This document shows, one piece after another, positions 27,329-36,789 of a stretch of 64,000 nt of DNA (positions are counted from its first letter, which is position 1; each line of letters starts with the position of its first letter). The position numbers and the translations under genes are program-made. The notes below the pieces were generated by a model. The model was given only the letters and a program-made list of their open reading frames with translations. It was not told where the DNA came from and made no database searches. This DNA is from Escherichia phage vB_EcoM-Sa45lw, in the sequence record MK977694.1, one strand, 5' to 3'.

Positions 27329-27790
27329 TCATTGAGTTTTAATTACTGCTTTAGAAGCCTTTCCTGGTAAACGACGACTGTTGATAATTGCCATTCTACA
27401 TTGAAGTGACGGGTCTTTGAACTTCGCATTAGGTTTACAAACCGTAAATCCAAGCCAAAGATTTCCATCTGTAATTTCCAAACGCCCAGGACGATATTCA
27501 ACCCCATCAATAAAATCCTCGTCAATGTCAGGACGCGGAGGCATACTCAGGAATTCATTAACTTCTAAAACATGGTCTTTTATTTTGTGGAATAATTCAA
27601 AAACATATGTCTCATCAATCTCCCGTTGAATTGCACGATCAAGAAGATGTTGAGAATATTTTAGATGAAACGATGAGACTCCTGCTGCTTTTGATGCCTC
27701 ACGAATCTCATTGTTAATTTGACGAAACTCCGACTCAAAATGACGACGAAGCTTATTTCGACGGATAAAAACTTCTGTATTGATAGTCAT
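27329..27790 (-). CDS. regB: RegB sequence-specific endoribonuclease
   Basis: 153 aa as T4 RegB; position upstream of vs/tk and downstream of denV region; own early promoter + SD. Confidence 0.75.
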   Translation of the reverse strand: MTINTEVFIRRNKLRRHFESEFRQINNEIREASKAAGVSSFHLKYSQHLLDRAIQREIDETYVFELFHKIKDHVLEVNEFLSMPPRPDIDEDFIDGVEYRPGRLEITDGNLWLGFTVCKPNAKFKDPSLQCRMAIINSRRLPGKASKAVIKTQ

Positions 27791-27817
27791 GTTGTTCTCC
27801 TCTTAACTGATAGAAAA

Positions 27818-27847
27818 ATTATACCACAGTCAAGAGGAAAAGTAAAC
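27818..27847 (-). promoter_or_regulatory. T4-type early promoter (GTTTAC, 18 bp, TATAAT) for regB
   Basis: Minus strand: actGTTTACttttcctcttgactgtggTATAATttttc; GAGGAG + ATG follow. Confidence 0.65.
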
Positions 27848-27849
27848 AG

Positions 27850-28128
27850 TTATTCTTTAAATCTAATCAATTTATTCATAGACTTTGAAACTTCTGCACG
27901 AACCTCATGTAGATTTTTGAGCTGTTCAAGACGCTGCGTATAGTAAGCAATTTCATCTTCTTCGAGACAGTCCTGTGAATCTTCTTTAAGATAACGCGCA
28001 TAATCCTGGAAAGCTTTACGGACTACTTCCTGGAAGTCATCAAGACTTTGAATTTTCTTAGGAGCGGCAGATACACGACGAGGTGCAGTATAATACTCAT
28101 AACCAAACCCTGCGCTTAATTGAGCCAT
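27850..28128 (-). CDS. Hypothetical protein (92 aa from ATG)
   Basis: Track ORF 27850..28170 begins at GTG; ATG at 28128 overlaps upstream stop (TAATG). Confidence 0.5.
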   Translation of the reverse strand: MAQLSAGFGYEYYTAPRRVSAAPKKIQSLDDFQEVVRKAFQDYARYLKEDSQDCLEEDEIAYYTQRLEQLKNLHEVRAEVSKSMNKLIRFKE

Positions 28129-28394
28129 TAGTATTTTTCCTCTGGTTGGAACACTGCGCGACAAGCCCACATACTAGCTTCTTTGAGTTTCGTTTTAGCA
28201 ATAGTTAACTGATCGAGGCTTTCAGCATAATTCTTCGCGAGTTCATCATCTTCACAGCTATCGAATGCTTCCCAGAATTCATCGTATAAAGCATCAAAGA
28301 TAAGTCCTAAACGAACTTCAGCGTCTTTGATAGCATTCACTTTACCGATTTTCTCTTCAGTATGCGGCTTATAACCTTTAATGTCTTCAATCAT
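28128..28394 (-). CDS. Hypothetical acidic protein (88 aa from ATG)
   Basis: ATG at 28394 with GAGGAA 6 nt upstream; track start 28430 is TTG. Confidence 0.5.
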   Translation of the reverse strand: MIEDIKGYKPHTEEKIGKVNAIKDAEVRLGLIFDALYDEFWEAFDSCEDDELAKNYAESLDQLTIAKTKLKEASMWACRAVFQPEEKY

Positions 28395-28608
28395 ATTTGA
28401 CTTCCTCACCAGTACATAAATCATATTCAACTAAACGAATAGGTTCATGAATGCCATATCCTTGAACAGAAATTTCTGTCGTAGGATAAATTCCATCAAT
28501 ATCACCCATATTCCAGGCTTCATTAAATTGCTGTTCGCCTGAATTACTAAACCACTCGGCGAAAGCATTTAGCACATCTTTAGAACCTTCAATAATTATC
28601 TTTGCCAT
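28387..28608 (-). CDS. Hypothetical protein (73 aa)
   Basis: ORF track; ATG overlapping GrcA-like stop (TAATG). Confidence 0.45.
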   Translation of the reverse strand: MAKIIIEGSKDVLNAFAEWFSNSGEQQFNEAWNMGDIDGIYPTTEISVQGYGIHEPIRLVEYDLCTGEEVKYD

Positions 28609-28970
28609 TACAAACTCTCAGTAAAGGTACGAGCGATAACGTCGCGCTGCTGTTCCGGAGTCAGAGAGTTAAAGCGAACTGCATATCCGGATACACGGAT
28701 GGTCAGCTGCGGATATTTTTCCGGATGCTTAACTGCATCTTCCAGAGTTTCGCGACGCAGAACGTTAACGTTCAGGTGTTGACCACCTTCAATTTTAACT
28801 GTAGGCTGTGGCTCAATTTCAATTTCACGGGCATGCAAACCATAGAAAATTTCTGGGTCTACAAAAGAGTCCTCTTTAAAGGTTTTAGAAACGATAATTC
28901 GTGCTTGAATACCATCTTCAAAATAAATAGTACCTTTATGTGTGCCTTCAAGAATTTGATATGCTTTCAT
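28608..28970 (-). CDS. Autonomous glycyl-radical cofactor (GrcA/YfiD-like)
   Basis: C-terminal ~70 aa ([61 protein letters not shown]) matches remembered E. coli GrcA glycyl-radical domain almost exactly. Confidence 0.8.
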   Translation of the reverse strand: MKAYQILEGTHKGTIYFEDGIQARIIVSKTFKEDSFVDPEIFYGLHAREIEIEPQPTVKIEGGQHLNVNVLRRETLEDAVKHPEKYPQLTIRVSGYAVRFNSLTPEQQRDVIARTFTESL

Positions 28971-28977
28971 ATAAACC

Positions 28978-29307
28978 TCAATTAGAAAATAAATTTATCC
29001 AAGATTGTTCTTTAATTAAAAACGGCTCAGAATCATATGCCATTAAACTTTGGGTAATTAATCCTTTAAAAGGTCCATCAATAAATTCCATGGTAAAATA
29101 TGGAATTTTATTCATTAACTGCGCGTTAGGAGCAGTGCACAAAACTCTGCATCCTTTGAATACGCCTTTTTGTAATTTGTATTGCTTGGGATAAAATTCG
29201 CTCAAAATGTTATTATTTGCCAAAATTTCAAAATGATTCACCAATTTATTTTTAATAGTTTTTGGCGAAAAATAAAGATATTCGAAAAGCTGTGTGTCTG
29301 TCATCAT
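28978..29307 (-). CDS. Hypothetical protein (109 aa)
   Basis: ORF track; ATG start. Confidence 0.5.
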   Translation of the reverse strand: MMTDTQLFEYLYFSPKTIKNKLVNHFEILANNNILSEFYPKQYKLQKGVFKGCRVLCTAPNAQLMNKIPYFTMEFIDGPFKGLITQSLMAYDSEPFLIKEQSWINLFSN

Positions 29308-29894
29308 TGCATTCCAATCACAAAAAATTGAGGACGAACTGTTTCACCTGTTTCAGCATTATAGCTTCGACAACAGTGTTGTACCGTTTTAATATGGATA
29401 TTGTAAATCTTATCCATATCAGGAGCTTTAATAGGTTCGTCAATTATGTACAAGATACGAGAAAGCGATAACCCACGGAATTTATGACCTTCATTACCGA
29501 TAAAACTACGGACAGAATCAGTAAATAAACGGAATCGAATATCATCATTAGAATAACGCGAAAATTCCTTTTTAATGTTATTTGCAGAAATTTTAGCGTA
29601 AGCTGAAGTATTAGAAAGAACAATAACTGTTCCGCCATCATACAGCCAATTAGCAGCAAAGTTAGTCACAGCAATTGATTTACCGGATTGACGTCCACCA
29701 TCTATACGAAGTGTGCAGTACTGTTTGAGCACATCTTCCATTGGTGGAAGATAATCATTCTTACAAATTTCTTCTACTCTAGCATCAGAATGGTGTGTAA
29801 AAGCATTCATCAGGGATAGATAAGGACCAGTTAAAAATGTTCTCATTTTATTCTCTCTAAGTTTGGGCCATTCCGTGGCGCATGAATTGTCCAT
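29304..29894 (-). CDS. Small P-loop NTPase-like protein (196 aa)
   Basis: Walker A-like GGRQSGKS and Walker B-like RILYIIDEP; start may be internal (ATG 29846). Confidence 0.5.
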   Translation of the reverse strand: MDNSCATEWPKLRENKMRTFLTGPYLSLMNAFTHHSDARVEEICKNDYLPPMEDVLKQYCTLRIDGGRQSGKSIAVTNFAANWLYDGGTVIVLSNTSAYAKISANNIKKEFSRYSNDDIRFRLFTDSVRSFIGNEGHKFRGLSLSRILYIIDEPIKAPDMDKIYNIHIKTVQHCCRSYNAETGETVRPQFFVIGMQ

Positions 29895-29987
29895 TTCTGT
29901 ATTTACCCATTACCGCACTTGGGCTCGACCTTATCACAGGTTGGCGGGAATCCCTCACAGAATCATGAGGTCCAGGTTGTTCCCATA

Positions 29988-30461
29988 TTATTTGAACGAT
30001 TTAACGTACTGAATAGAACCCTTACTATTCACAAAGGCAATTTTACCATTTTTATTATACATGGTAGCAGTACGCTGATAACCATAGGTTTGTTTACCAG
30101 ATTGATAACCAACTAATGCAAAATTATCTTCACCCATTTTATTCTGTTTAGCGCGAATGCGTTCATGACCATGTGCCATAAGAACCTTAGCATCACCAGT
30201 TGCAATGGATCGACGAGTTTTTTCATCTTCAACTGCATTAACAAAGTCGTCAAATGAATCAAATTTAGCATGAGATTTATTATACAATTTTCCATCTACT
30301 GCATAATTATATCCCTGTACATCCATTTCAACTTCTGTACCATCATCCAATACAGCAGTAATTTTTTGACCTTTTTTAAATTTCAAAAGATCAGTAAAAG
30401 ATTCAGCAATAATTTGAGAATTAATAGCTGCTTCAGTGATAAATTCTTGATATGTTTTCAT
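29988..30461 (-). CDS. Internal head protein-like (capsid-targeting N-terminus MKTYQEFITE)
   Basis: N-terminal 10 residues match the T4 internal-protein CTS consensus MKTYQEFIAE (gp21 protease site after E10); 157 aa; lies downstream of denV rather than between denV and e as in T4. Confidence 0.6.
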   Translation of the reverse strand: MKTYQEFITEAAINSQIIAESFTDLLKFKKGQKITAVLDDGTEVEMDVQGYNYAVDGKLYNKSHAKFDSFDDFVNAVEDEKTRRSIATGDAKVLMAHGHERIRAKQNKMGEDNFALVGYQSGKQTYGYQRTATMYNKNGKIAFVNSKGSIQYVKSFK

Positions 30462-30470
30462 GGGTTTCCT

Positions 30471-30887
30471 TTAAATGTAAATATTTTTACCGTAATACTT
30501 ATACCAATGTGGTTTCATTAAAATTTTTTCATCAAGTCGTTGTTGACTCAATTTAATAGCTGATTTGCATGGATTATAATCATTTTTCCATTCTATTGGA
30601 ATATCGCTGATGTCAGGAACTTCAGTATCTTTTATACTGAACCCGCGTTTTAAGCATTCCGTTATAATGTCTAATTGACGCTTTCGCAAAAATTCTAACT
30701 TATCGTAAAAGAACGTAACATGACCAGAACCTAAAATAAACTCGGAAGATATTTTAAAATCTTTAACGCGCTTACCGTTTGCCACATGCTTACGAACTAT
30801 ACCAAAAACACGCGGCAATTCACGGTATTCTGCGATTAAATGTTGATCAGCAAGTTCAGATACTAAAGTCAAATTAATACGAGTCAT
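30471..30887 (-). CDS. denV: Endonuclease V (pyrimidine-dimer DNA glycosylase)
   Basis: 138 aa [38 protein letters not shown]... matches remembered T4 endo V. Confidence 0.9.
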   Translation of the reverse strand: MTRINLTLVSELADQHLIAEYRELPRVFGIVRKHVANGKRVKDFKISSEFILGSGHVTFFYDKLEFLRKRQLDIITECLKRGFSIKDTEVPDISDIPIEWKNDYNPCKSAIKLSQQRLDEKILMKPHWYKYYGKNIYI

Positions 30888-30912
30888 TTTATCCCTCCAA
30901 GTAACTGTGAAT

Positions 30913-30942
30913 ATACTATCACAATTCTAGGAGAAAGTAAAC
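30913..30942 (-). promoter_or_regulatory. T4-type early promoter (GTTTAC, 18 bp, TAGTAT) for denV
   Basis: Minus strand: aaagttGTTTACtttctcctagaattgtgaTAGTATattc; GGAGG + ATG follow. Confidence 0.6.
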
Positions 30943-30946
30943 AACT

Positions 30947-31915
<969 letters not shown>

Positions 31916-31934
<19 letters not shown>

Positions 31935-32404
31935 TCAGTGATAAAGTTATTTAAATTTTGAGTATATTTCTTTTCATCAAAAATCTTTTGTTGTCTGCGT
32001 AGCCGCCATGGCATTTCAATGAACGTGTACCATATCCCAGATAATATTGCTGCAGTAAAAATATTAACAAGTATGGTTAAAAGAATCCAATCTCCTATTC
32101 TGTCCATTGGATTTTTTATAAAAAAGTAAAATACGAATGATGTCACAGGAAGACTAATAATATACCACAGAATCATAATTTTATCTGTGAACCAATCAGC
32201 GTTCGTTAACTTAGCGCGACCATTATGAATACACACGAATTTATCATCTGTTATAATAGATGGCTTAGCTGCTTGATATCCCATTCTAAACTCCCTAATC
32301 AACAAATTTTTCATATCTTCGGAACAACCATTCCAGTCAACTCTATCAACTGAAATGCCATCATCCCCATCATCTAAATCATACCAGCGAGTTTTTAAAA
32401 TCAT
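31916..32404 (-). CDS. Hypothetical membrane protein (162 aa) ending ...ECRKLK
   Basis: ORF track; 2 hydrophobic helices; C-terminal motif shared with next two ORFs. Confidence 0.5.
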
Positions 32405-32673
32405 TTAATTTTCCTACAATCACTCACAAACTCTTCCATTGATTCTTTTTCAATATAAGACATGTAGCTATTATATTCCTTTAATTGTATTTTGTAATCC
32501 TTTTTTCTTTGCCAATTTATTTTAAAATTATCATAATGAAAATATAACATTGTACCAAAGAATGAAAATAATGAAATCGCTATAGTATAATGAAGTTCAC
32601 TCCAAACTTCTATTATATCTATTATACCGCTGACGTTACTACGGATGTTTAAAATAAGACAGTCAATTAACAA
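32401..32673 (-). CDS. Hypothetical small membrane protein ending ...DCRKIK (start uncertain, TTG in track)
   Basis: ORF track; hydrophobic segment; shared C-terminal motif. Confidence 0.4.
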   Translation of the reverse strand: MLIDCLILNIRSNVSGIIDIIEVWSELHYTIAISLFSFFGTMLYFHYDNFKINWQRKKDYKIQLKEYNSYMSYIEKESMEEFVSDCRKIK

Positions 32674-32755
32674 TCCAAAAAGACTACCGCAAGAGCTGCA
32701 GCCAACGCTACAGCAAAAATTAAAAATGACTCAGGAAGAGAATATTTGACTTTAT

Positions 32756-33169
32756 TTAGTTTTGGCTTTTGCATCGTGATTCCTTAACAAATTTCATAAT
32801 TTCATCAAATTCATGCGCAGCAAGTTTAAGCTGATGTTCCTTTTTAATCTTTTTACACTGAGCTTTCCAATCACGTACACGTTTACGATAGTGTCTTCCT
32901 TGATACCAATATCCTATCCAATTTATAGGTACTAATAAAAGCGGAACTACCAACGGAAGAATTAGTGTTGCTCCAAATATTGCACCAGATTCAATATCAG
33001 TCATAACGTCTATAACCATTCCAGCAATCACCAGAATCACAAATGATACAACTACCACAGGACCTATTAACACATCAGTAGAAATTATCTGACGCTTTAA
33101 TTCATACTTCAACGGTTTACTTGGAAGGTATAGTGATGGTTTTGACATATTCTCTACATTCCTTAACAA
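32756..33169 (-). CDS. Hypothetical membrane protein (137 aa) with ...QCKKIK motif
   Basis: ORF track; 2 hydrophobic helices. Confidence 0.5.
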   Translation of the reverse strand: MLRNVENMSKPSLYLPSKPLKYELKRQIISTDVLIGPVVVVSFVILVIAGMVIDVMTDIESGAIFGATLILPLVVPLLLVPINWIGYWYQGRHYRKRVRDWKAQCKKIKKEHQLKLAAHEFDEIMKFVKESRCKSQN

Positions 33170-33722
33170 ATTTTTCTAATAATAAATCGCTTTCAAAATT
33201 GGGATTTTCTACGAATTTATCAAAAAGATCATCGACAATAGTTAAGATATTCTTTTTACTAAGAATACGTTTATTTTCATGCTTCGTTTCAGAATCAACT
33301 ATAAGAGTAAAGAAATATTTCTTGCCCTGAAATTTTACAGTAGTATCAATATAGAATAAATTTGACTTTTGTAAATTACGTTTAAACCATGCATCACTTA
33401 AACTATAAACGCCAAGATAATCATAATCGTCGTTTAAATAACAGACCGTCCATTCAGGAGAAACAAAATCAGTAAATTCAACGTCAAAATCGCATGTTAA
33501 TAAATGAATTGATTCAATACTGTTAATAAGTATTCCAGGACGTATTAAAGACTTTTTACCTTTATAAAATCCAGAAAGACTTTCATCAGTTTCATATGAA
33601 GAACCCCAATAATAATTACGTCCTTCTGCCATACGTTTAAGAGCATTTAATAATTGGTCTGGAACATCAACCTGTCTTTGGAACTCTTCAAACATTGAAT
33701 TGAAATCACTTTGCATTTTCAT
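33117..33722 (-). CDS. Hypothetical protein (201 aa)
   Basis: ORF track; ATG start. Confidence 0.5.
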   Translation of the reverse strand: MKMQSDFNSMFEEFQRQVDVPDQLLNALKRMAEGRNYYWGSSYETDESLSGFYKGKKSLIRPGILINSIESIHLLTCDFDVEFTDFVSPEWTVCYLNDDYDYLGVYSLSDAWFKRNLQKSNLFYIDTTVKFQGKKYFFTLIVDSETKHENKRILSKKNILTIVDDLFDKFVENPNFESDLLLEKFVKECREYVKTITIPSK

Positions 33723-33742
33723 TCCTACTTACTCCAAGTAAT

Positions 33743-33758
33743 AGGGGCCGAAGCCCCT
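33743..33758. other. Intergenic hairpin AGGGGCCGAAGCCCCT (UUCG tetraloop on minus-strand RNA), no U-tract
   Basis: Perfect inverted repeat between two minus-strand genes. Confidence 0.4.
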
Positions 33759-33763
33759 TATCA

Positions 33764-34357
33764 TTATTTCAGAGAATTAATATATTCCTGAACATCGGCA
33801 GAGGTAGTTTCAACCCCAGAAATATTACCATTAAAGGTTTCAACTCGAGCAAGAGTATCTTCAATATCAACCTTAGTCAGTGCTGCAATTTCAACTACAT
33901 CATCAGCAGTACTAATTCCAAGGGCATTCGCGGCGCGAGTTTCACGGATATATTCCAATTTAACTGCAAGTTCTTGGCGAGCATCATCTAACTCAACTAC
34001 TTTCTTGGCGATTTCAATTCGCATTTCAGCATAACCATCAGCTTTAGTAGTCAACTGCTCAGCTGTTCGACGATATAGTAAACCAAGTTTAGCATGCATT
34101 GTTACATCTTGACCTTCCGAAAGGAGCTTGCGAATTTCACGCTCTTTTGATTCGGCCTGCTTATTCTTTTCAACAATAAGTTCACGAATACGCTTTTCTT
34201 CATTAATAGATTTAACAGAAGCAGTTTTTAGATCTTTAATTTTATCAAGCAATTTTGCTGCTGCGGCAGTATACTGCTCTTCAACAGATAGATTTTTAGC
34301 CATAGCAGAACCAAGTTTAGTGCGAATAAACTCAACAATTTTCTTCAGTGTGTTCAT
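33764..34357 (-). CDS. Coiled-coil protein (197 aa), PspA/IM30-like architecture (tentative)
   Basis: ORF track; long charged heptad-rich helices; no definitive motif. Confidence 0.5.
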
Positions 34358-34400
34358 AGTATTTCCTTAGGTTGATTAGAAATTAAAATCTGCAGAAGAA

Positions 34401-34934
34401 TTATATCATGCTACTTAAGAGATGTAAACTATTTTTAATTTTACAAATTCGTTCAGCTTCTTCAACAGCGGCAGTGATAATGCTTTTAGCTATAGGAGTA
34501 CTAATACTAGTAGCTTTTACACTTAACACGATTTCTTTATCTTTACCAGGCCAACCCCACGATTTTTCACCATGGGTGCCTTTAATTACAGCAGACACCT
34601 CAAGTGAGCATCCATTATCGCATGTTTTTACATTAACAACCCAAGTGTCACTTTTCTCAACCGGTTTATCCCAGTAAATATTAAGAATACGTGGAACATC
34701 AAATTTAGCAGGGCAAATCTTAACCGTAAGACCTTCGCTTTCTAGCCAATTAATAAGAGGGCGTTCATACATGCGGCGATGTGGGCTTTGAACTCGACAA
34801 GCTTTGTACCCATTGCTTGCGGCTTCACTAAGCTCTTCTAATACCTGCTTTTGCATTATTGATAAGATACCATCAAAAGATTTTTCGGAAGTTTCATTCA
34901 GTTCGGTATAAAGAGACATAACAGTTTTCCTCAA
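34401..34934 (-). CDS. Hypothetical protein (177 aa)
   Basis: ORF track. Confidence 0.5.
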   Translation of the reverse strand: MRKTVMSLYTELNETSEKSFDGILSIMQKQVLEELSEAASNGYKACRVQSPHRRMYERPLINWLESEGLTVKICPAKFDVPRILNIYWDKPVEKSDTWVVNVKTCDNGCSLEVSAVIKGTHGEKSWGWPGKDKEIVLSVKATSISTPIAKSIITAAVEEAERICKIKNSLHLLSSMI

Positions 34935-34975
34935 ATTATAGGCTCATAATATCTCAATCATGAGCCTATATAAAC

Positions 34976-35239
34976 TTATTTCATATTATTGAAATATTCT
35001 TCTGCGATTTCGTCGTTATCATGGTAAACTTTAGAAGACAGTTTAACATAACCTTCAGCAGTGAACATGTTAATCACAACCTTTACAGTATACCACTGAC
35101 CATCTTCATTACCCATTACTGCATAGGTTTCAAACATCGGATGATCAGGACCGATAACTTTAATATCATTCACCGTACGACCGAAATCTTCTGAAACACA
35201 TTTCATAAAGAAGTTGAACAGTTCACCGTAATTATCCAT
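34976..35239 (-). CDS. Hypothetical protein (87 aa from ATG)
   Basis: ATG at 35239 with GGAG downstream of early promoter; track start 35251 is TTG. Confidence 0.5.
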   Translation of the reverse strand: MDNYGELFNFFMKCVSEDFGRTVNDIKVIGPDHPMFETYAVMGNEDGQWYTVKVVINMFTAEGYVKLSSKVYHDNDEIAEEYFNNMK

Positions 35240-35282
35240 TTCATTCTCCAAGTTGTTTTCTGTATCAGTAGTTGATAGTTGT

Positions 35283-35312
35283 ATAGTACCATAGAAGAAC
35301 AGGGATGTAAAC
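35283..35312 (-). promoter_or_regulatory. T4-type early promoter (GTTTAC, 18 bp, TACTAT)
   Basis: Minus strand: aaactGTTTACatccctgttcttctatggTACTATacaac. Confidence 0.6.
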
Positions 35313-35445
35313 AGTTTTGTGAAAAATTTTTAAAAAGTTTTGGGGAATTCTAGGGCAGGGAGGGGAAATCAAAGGATAGGATAATATATTATAAAGGGTA
35401 GAAACTAAATGATGTCTAGAGAGGCCTGGAAAGGCCTAGATACCA

Positions 35446-35472
35446 AAAAGCCCCAACCTTTCGGCTAGGGCT
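35446..35472 (-). terminator. Intrinsic terminator (minus strand) after IP-like gene: GCCCUAGCC-GAAA-GGUUGGGGC + U5
   Basis: Near-identical copy of the terminator at 36004..36030. Confidence 0.6.
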
Positions 35473-35479
35473 AAGAATG

Positions 35480-35953
35480 TTATTTGATTTGTTTAGCAGA
35501 CCAAATGCGGTCTTTAATAATTTTTTGGATATCTTCAACATACTCAAGAGAGTGAGCATGTGGGTTATCTTTGAAACTATAAGCACGAGCTAGTTTTTGG
35601 CCTTCAGTTTTGATTACTAAAAGCTCTTTAAGGATAGCTTCATATTTGGAGATAATTCCTTTAACAATATTTTTCTCTTGTGCGACTTTAGGATCTGCTT
35701 TAGGAGCAGGTTTACCCGAAGCCTTTGCAAAAGCAGCGCCAGTAGCAACTAAACTTTTCCAGGCCATACTAACTGCATTTCCCGTAAATCCTTCCGCTTT
35801 CATGTCGCGTGCGAACTGGAATCGTGATTCATCAGAAGCATCTTTGTAAGAATATTTACCCGCTGCAATGGCTGCTTTTGCGACAGCTTGAATTTCGGTG
35901 CTAGATGCTTCATTTAACACCGCTTCATTTAAAAATTGAGTATATGATTTCAT
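35480..35953 (-). CDS. Internal head protein-like (CTS-type N-terminus MKSYTQFLNE), 157 aa
   Basis: N-terminus resembles T4 internal-protein capsid-targeting sequence; Ala/Lys-rich; own late promoter; flanked by duplicated terminators. Confidence 0.55.
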   Translation of the reverse strand: MKSYTQFLNEAVLNEASSTEIQAVAKAAIAAGKYSYKDASDESRFQFARDMKAEGFTGNAVSMAWKSLVATGAAFAKASGKPAPKADPKVAQEKNIVKGIISKYEAILKELLVIKTEGQKLARAYSFKDNPHAHSLEYVEDIQKIIKDRIWSAKQIK

Positions 35954-35993
35954 CTTATTTCCTGTTTTAATTCGTGGATTTAATATACTACTA

Positions 35994-36001
35994 TATTTAT
36001 A
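35994..36001 (-). promoter_or_regulatory. T4 late promoter TATAAATA upstream of IP-like gene
   Basis: Exact TATAAATA on minus strand ~40 nt upstream of ATG at 35953. Confidence 0.55.
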
Positions 36002-36003
36002 CC

Positions 36004-36030
36004 AAAAAGCCCCAACCTTTCGGTCGGGGC
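36004..36030 (-). terminator. Intrinsic terminator (minus strand) downstream of tRNA/stable-RNA region: GCCCCGACC-GAAA-GGUUGGGGC + U5
   Basis: Minus strand reads agCCCCGACCgaaaGGTTGGGGcttttt. Confidence 0.65.
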
Positions 36031-36039
36031 TAAGCCTTG

Positions 36040-36335
36040 CGGCAACCTTGTCGGGGTTCCACCTGCTAAGGCAAGTGTTTGTACGAAACGCCGGGATTCG
36101 AACCCGGTTATTAAGCAGTTGACGCTACTCAATATTTTTAAAAGGCCATATCTCGACCATATCCGAACGTTCCGTCAAAAACGCTACTCGGCTTACGGCA
36201 AAGATATTTCCTCGAATCGATAATTCGGTGCGCCGTTTCTGCTGTGATGTAAGAGGGCATCAATAAACGCAAAGATTATTAACGCAATTCCTTACTCAGG
36301 GAACATCAGTCCGACGACTTACCGGTAGCGACCCG
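36040..36335 (-). ncRNA. Candidate tRNA-like stable RNA region (possible counterpart of T4 species 1/2 RNAs); boundaries not resolved
   Basis: No ORF; minus strand carries a T-arm-like CCGGG-TTCGAAT-CCCGG at 36091..36107 followed by terminator; position downstream of tRNA-Arg. Confidence 0.3.
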
Positions 36336-36340
36336 GTTTC

Positions 36341-36691
36341 TTAATATTCTTTTAAAGCATCAATCTGTTTACGGCGTTCACGCCATAAATCAATTGCTTC
36401 ATACGCGGATTCAACATTTCGAATTGGACGGCATTTATATAAAGATTTGTGATTTTGATATTGCGTAGATAACGGAATTTTATCTAAAAGGTCTTTACGT
36501 TCAAAGTATTCGTAACCATCTAAGCCAAATGAACGATTTTTGAGAAATTGCCAATGACCAAATTCGTTTTGAATATAAATATAATCCGCATGTTGATAAA
36601 GTAAATTAATTTCACGAAATGAGATATGTTTTTCATATTCATTGAAGTAAAATGTTAAATCATGAACTACTAAATAAACATTACCTTTCAT
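36341..36691 (-). CDS. Hypothetical protein (116 aa) embedded in the tRNA/stable-RNA locus
   Basis: ORF track; long ORF for AT-rich sequence; no GIY-YIG/HNH motif. Confidence 0.45.
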   Translation of the reverse strand: MKGNVYLVVHDLTFYFNEYEKHISFREINLLYQHADYIYIQNEFGHWQFLKNRSFGLDGYEYFERKDLLDKIPLSTQYQNHKSLYKCRPIRNVESAYEAIDLWRERRKQIDALKEY

Positions 36692-36709
36692 ATTTTCCTC
36701 ACTTATAAT

Positions 36710-36785
36710 TGGTCGAGGCAGTAGGGATCGAACCTACGACCTAGGACTTAGAAGGTCCTTGCTCTTCCTTCTGAGCTATGCCCCG
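36710..36785 (-). tRNA. tRNA-Arg (anticodon UCU)
   Basis: Manual cloverleaf: acceptor CGGGGCA/TGCCTCG, anticodon loop CTTCTAA, T-arm GTAGG-TTCGATC-CCTAC, CCA encoded; 76 nt. Confidence 0.85.
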
Positions 36786-36789
36786 TAAT

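Noticed and set aside
27343-27943. ORFs 27343..27525 (-), 27417..27629 (+), 27719..27943 (+)
   Set aside because: Overlap regB in other frames or the opposite strand
28602-29471. Plus-strand ORFs 28602..28985 (127 aa), 28940..29194, 29262..29471 and minus 29444..29659
   Set aside because: Antisense or alternative frame to the GrcA-like gene (which has near-exact homology to a known protein) and its neighbours
29919-30521. ORFs 29919..30116 (+), 30113..30295 (-), 30270..30521 (+)
   Set aside because: Overlap the IP-like gene and denV; the IP-like frame is supported by its CTS N-terminus
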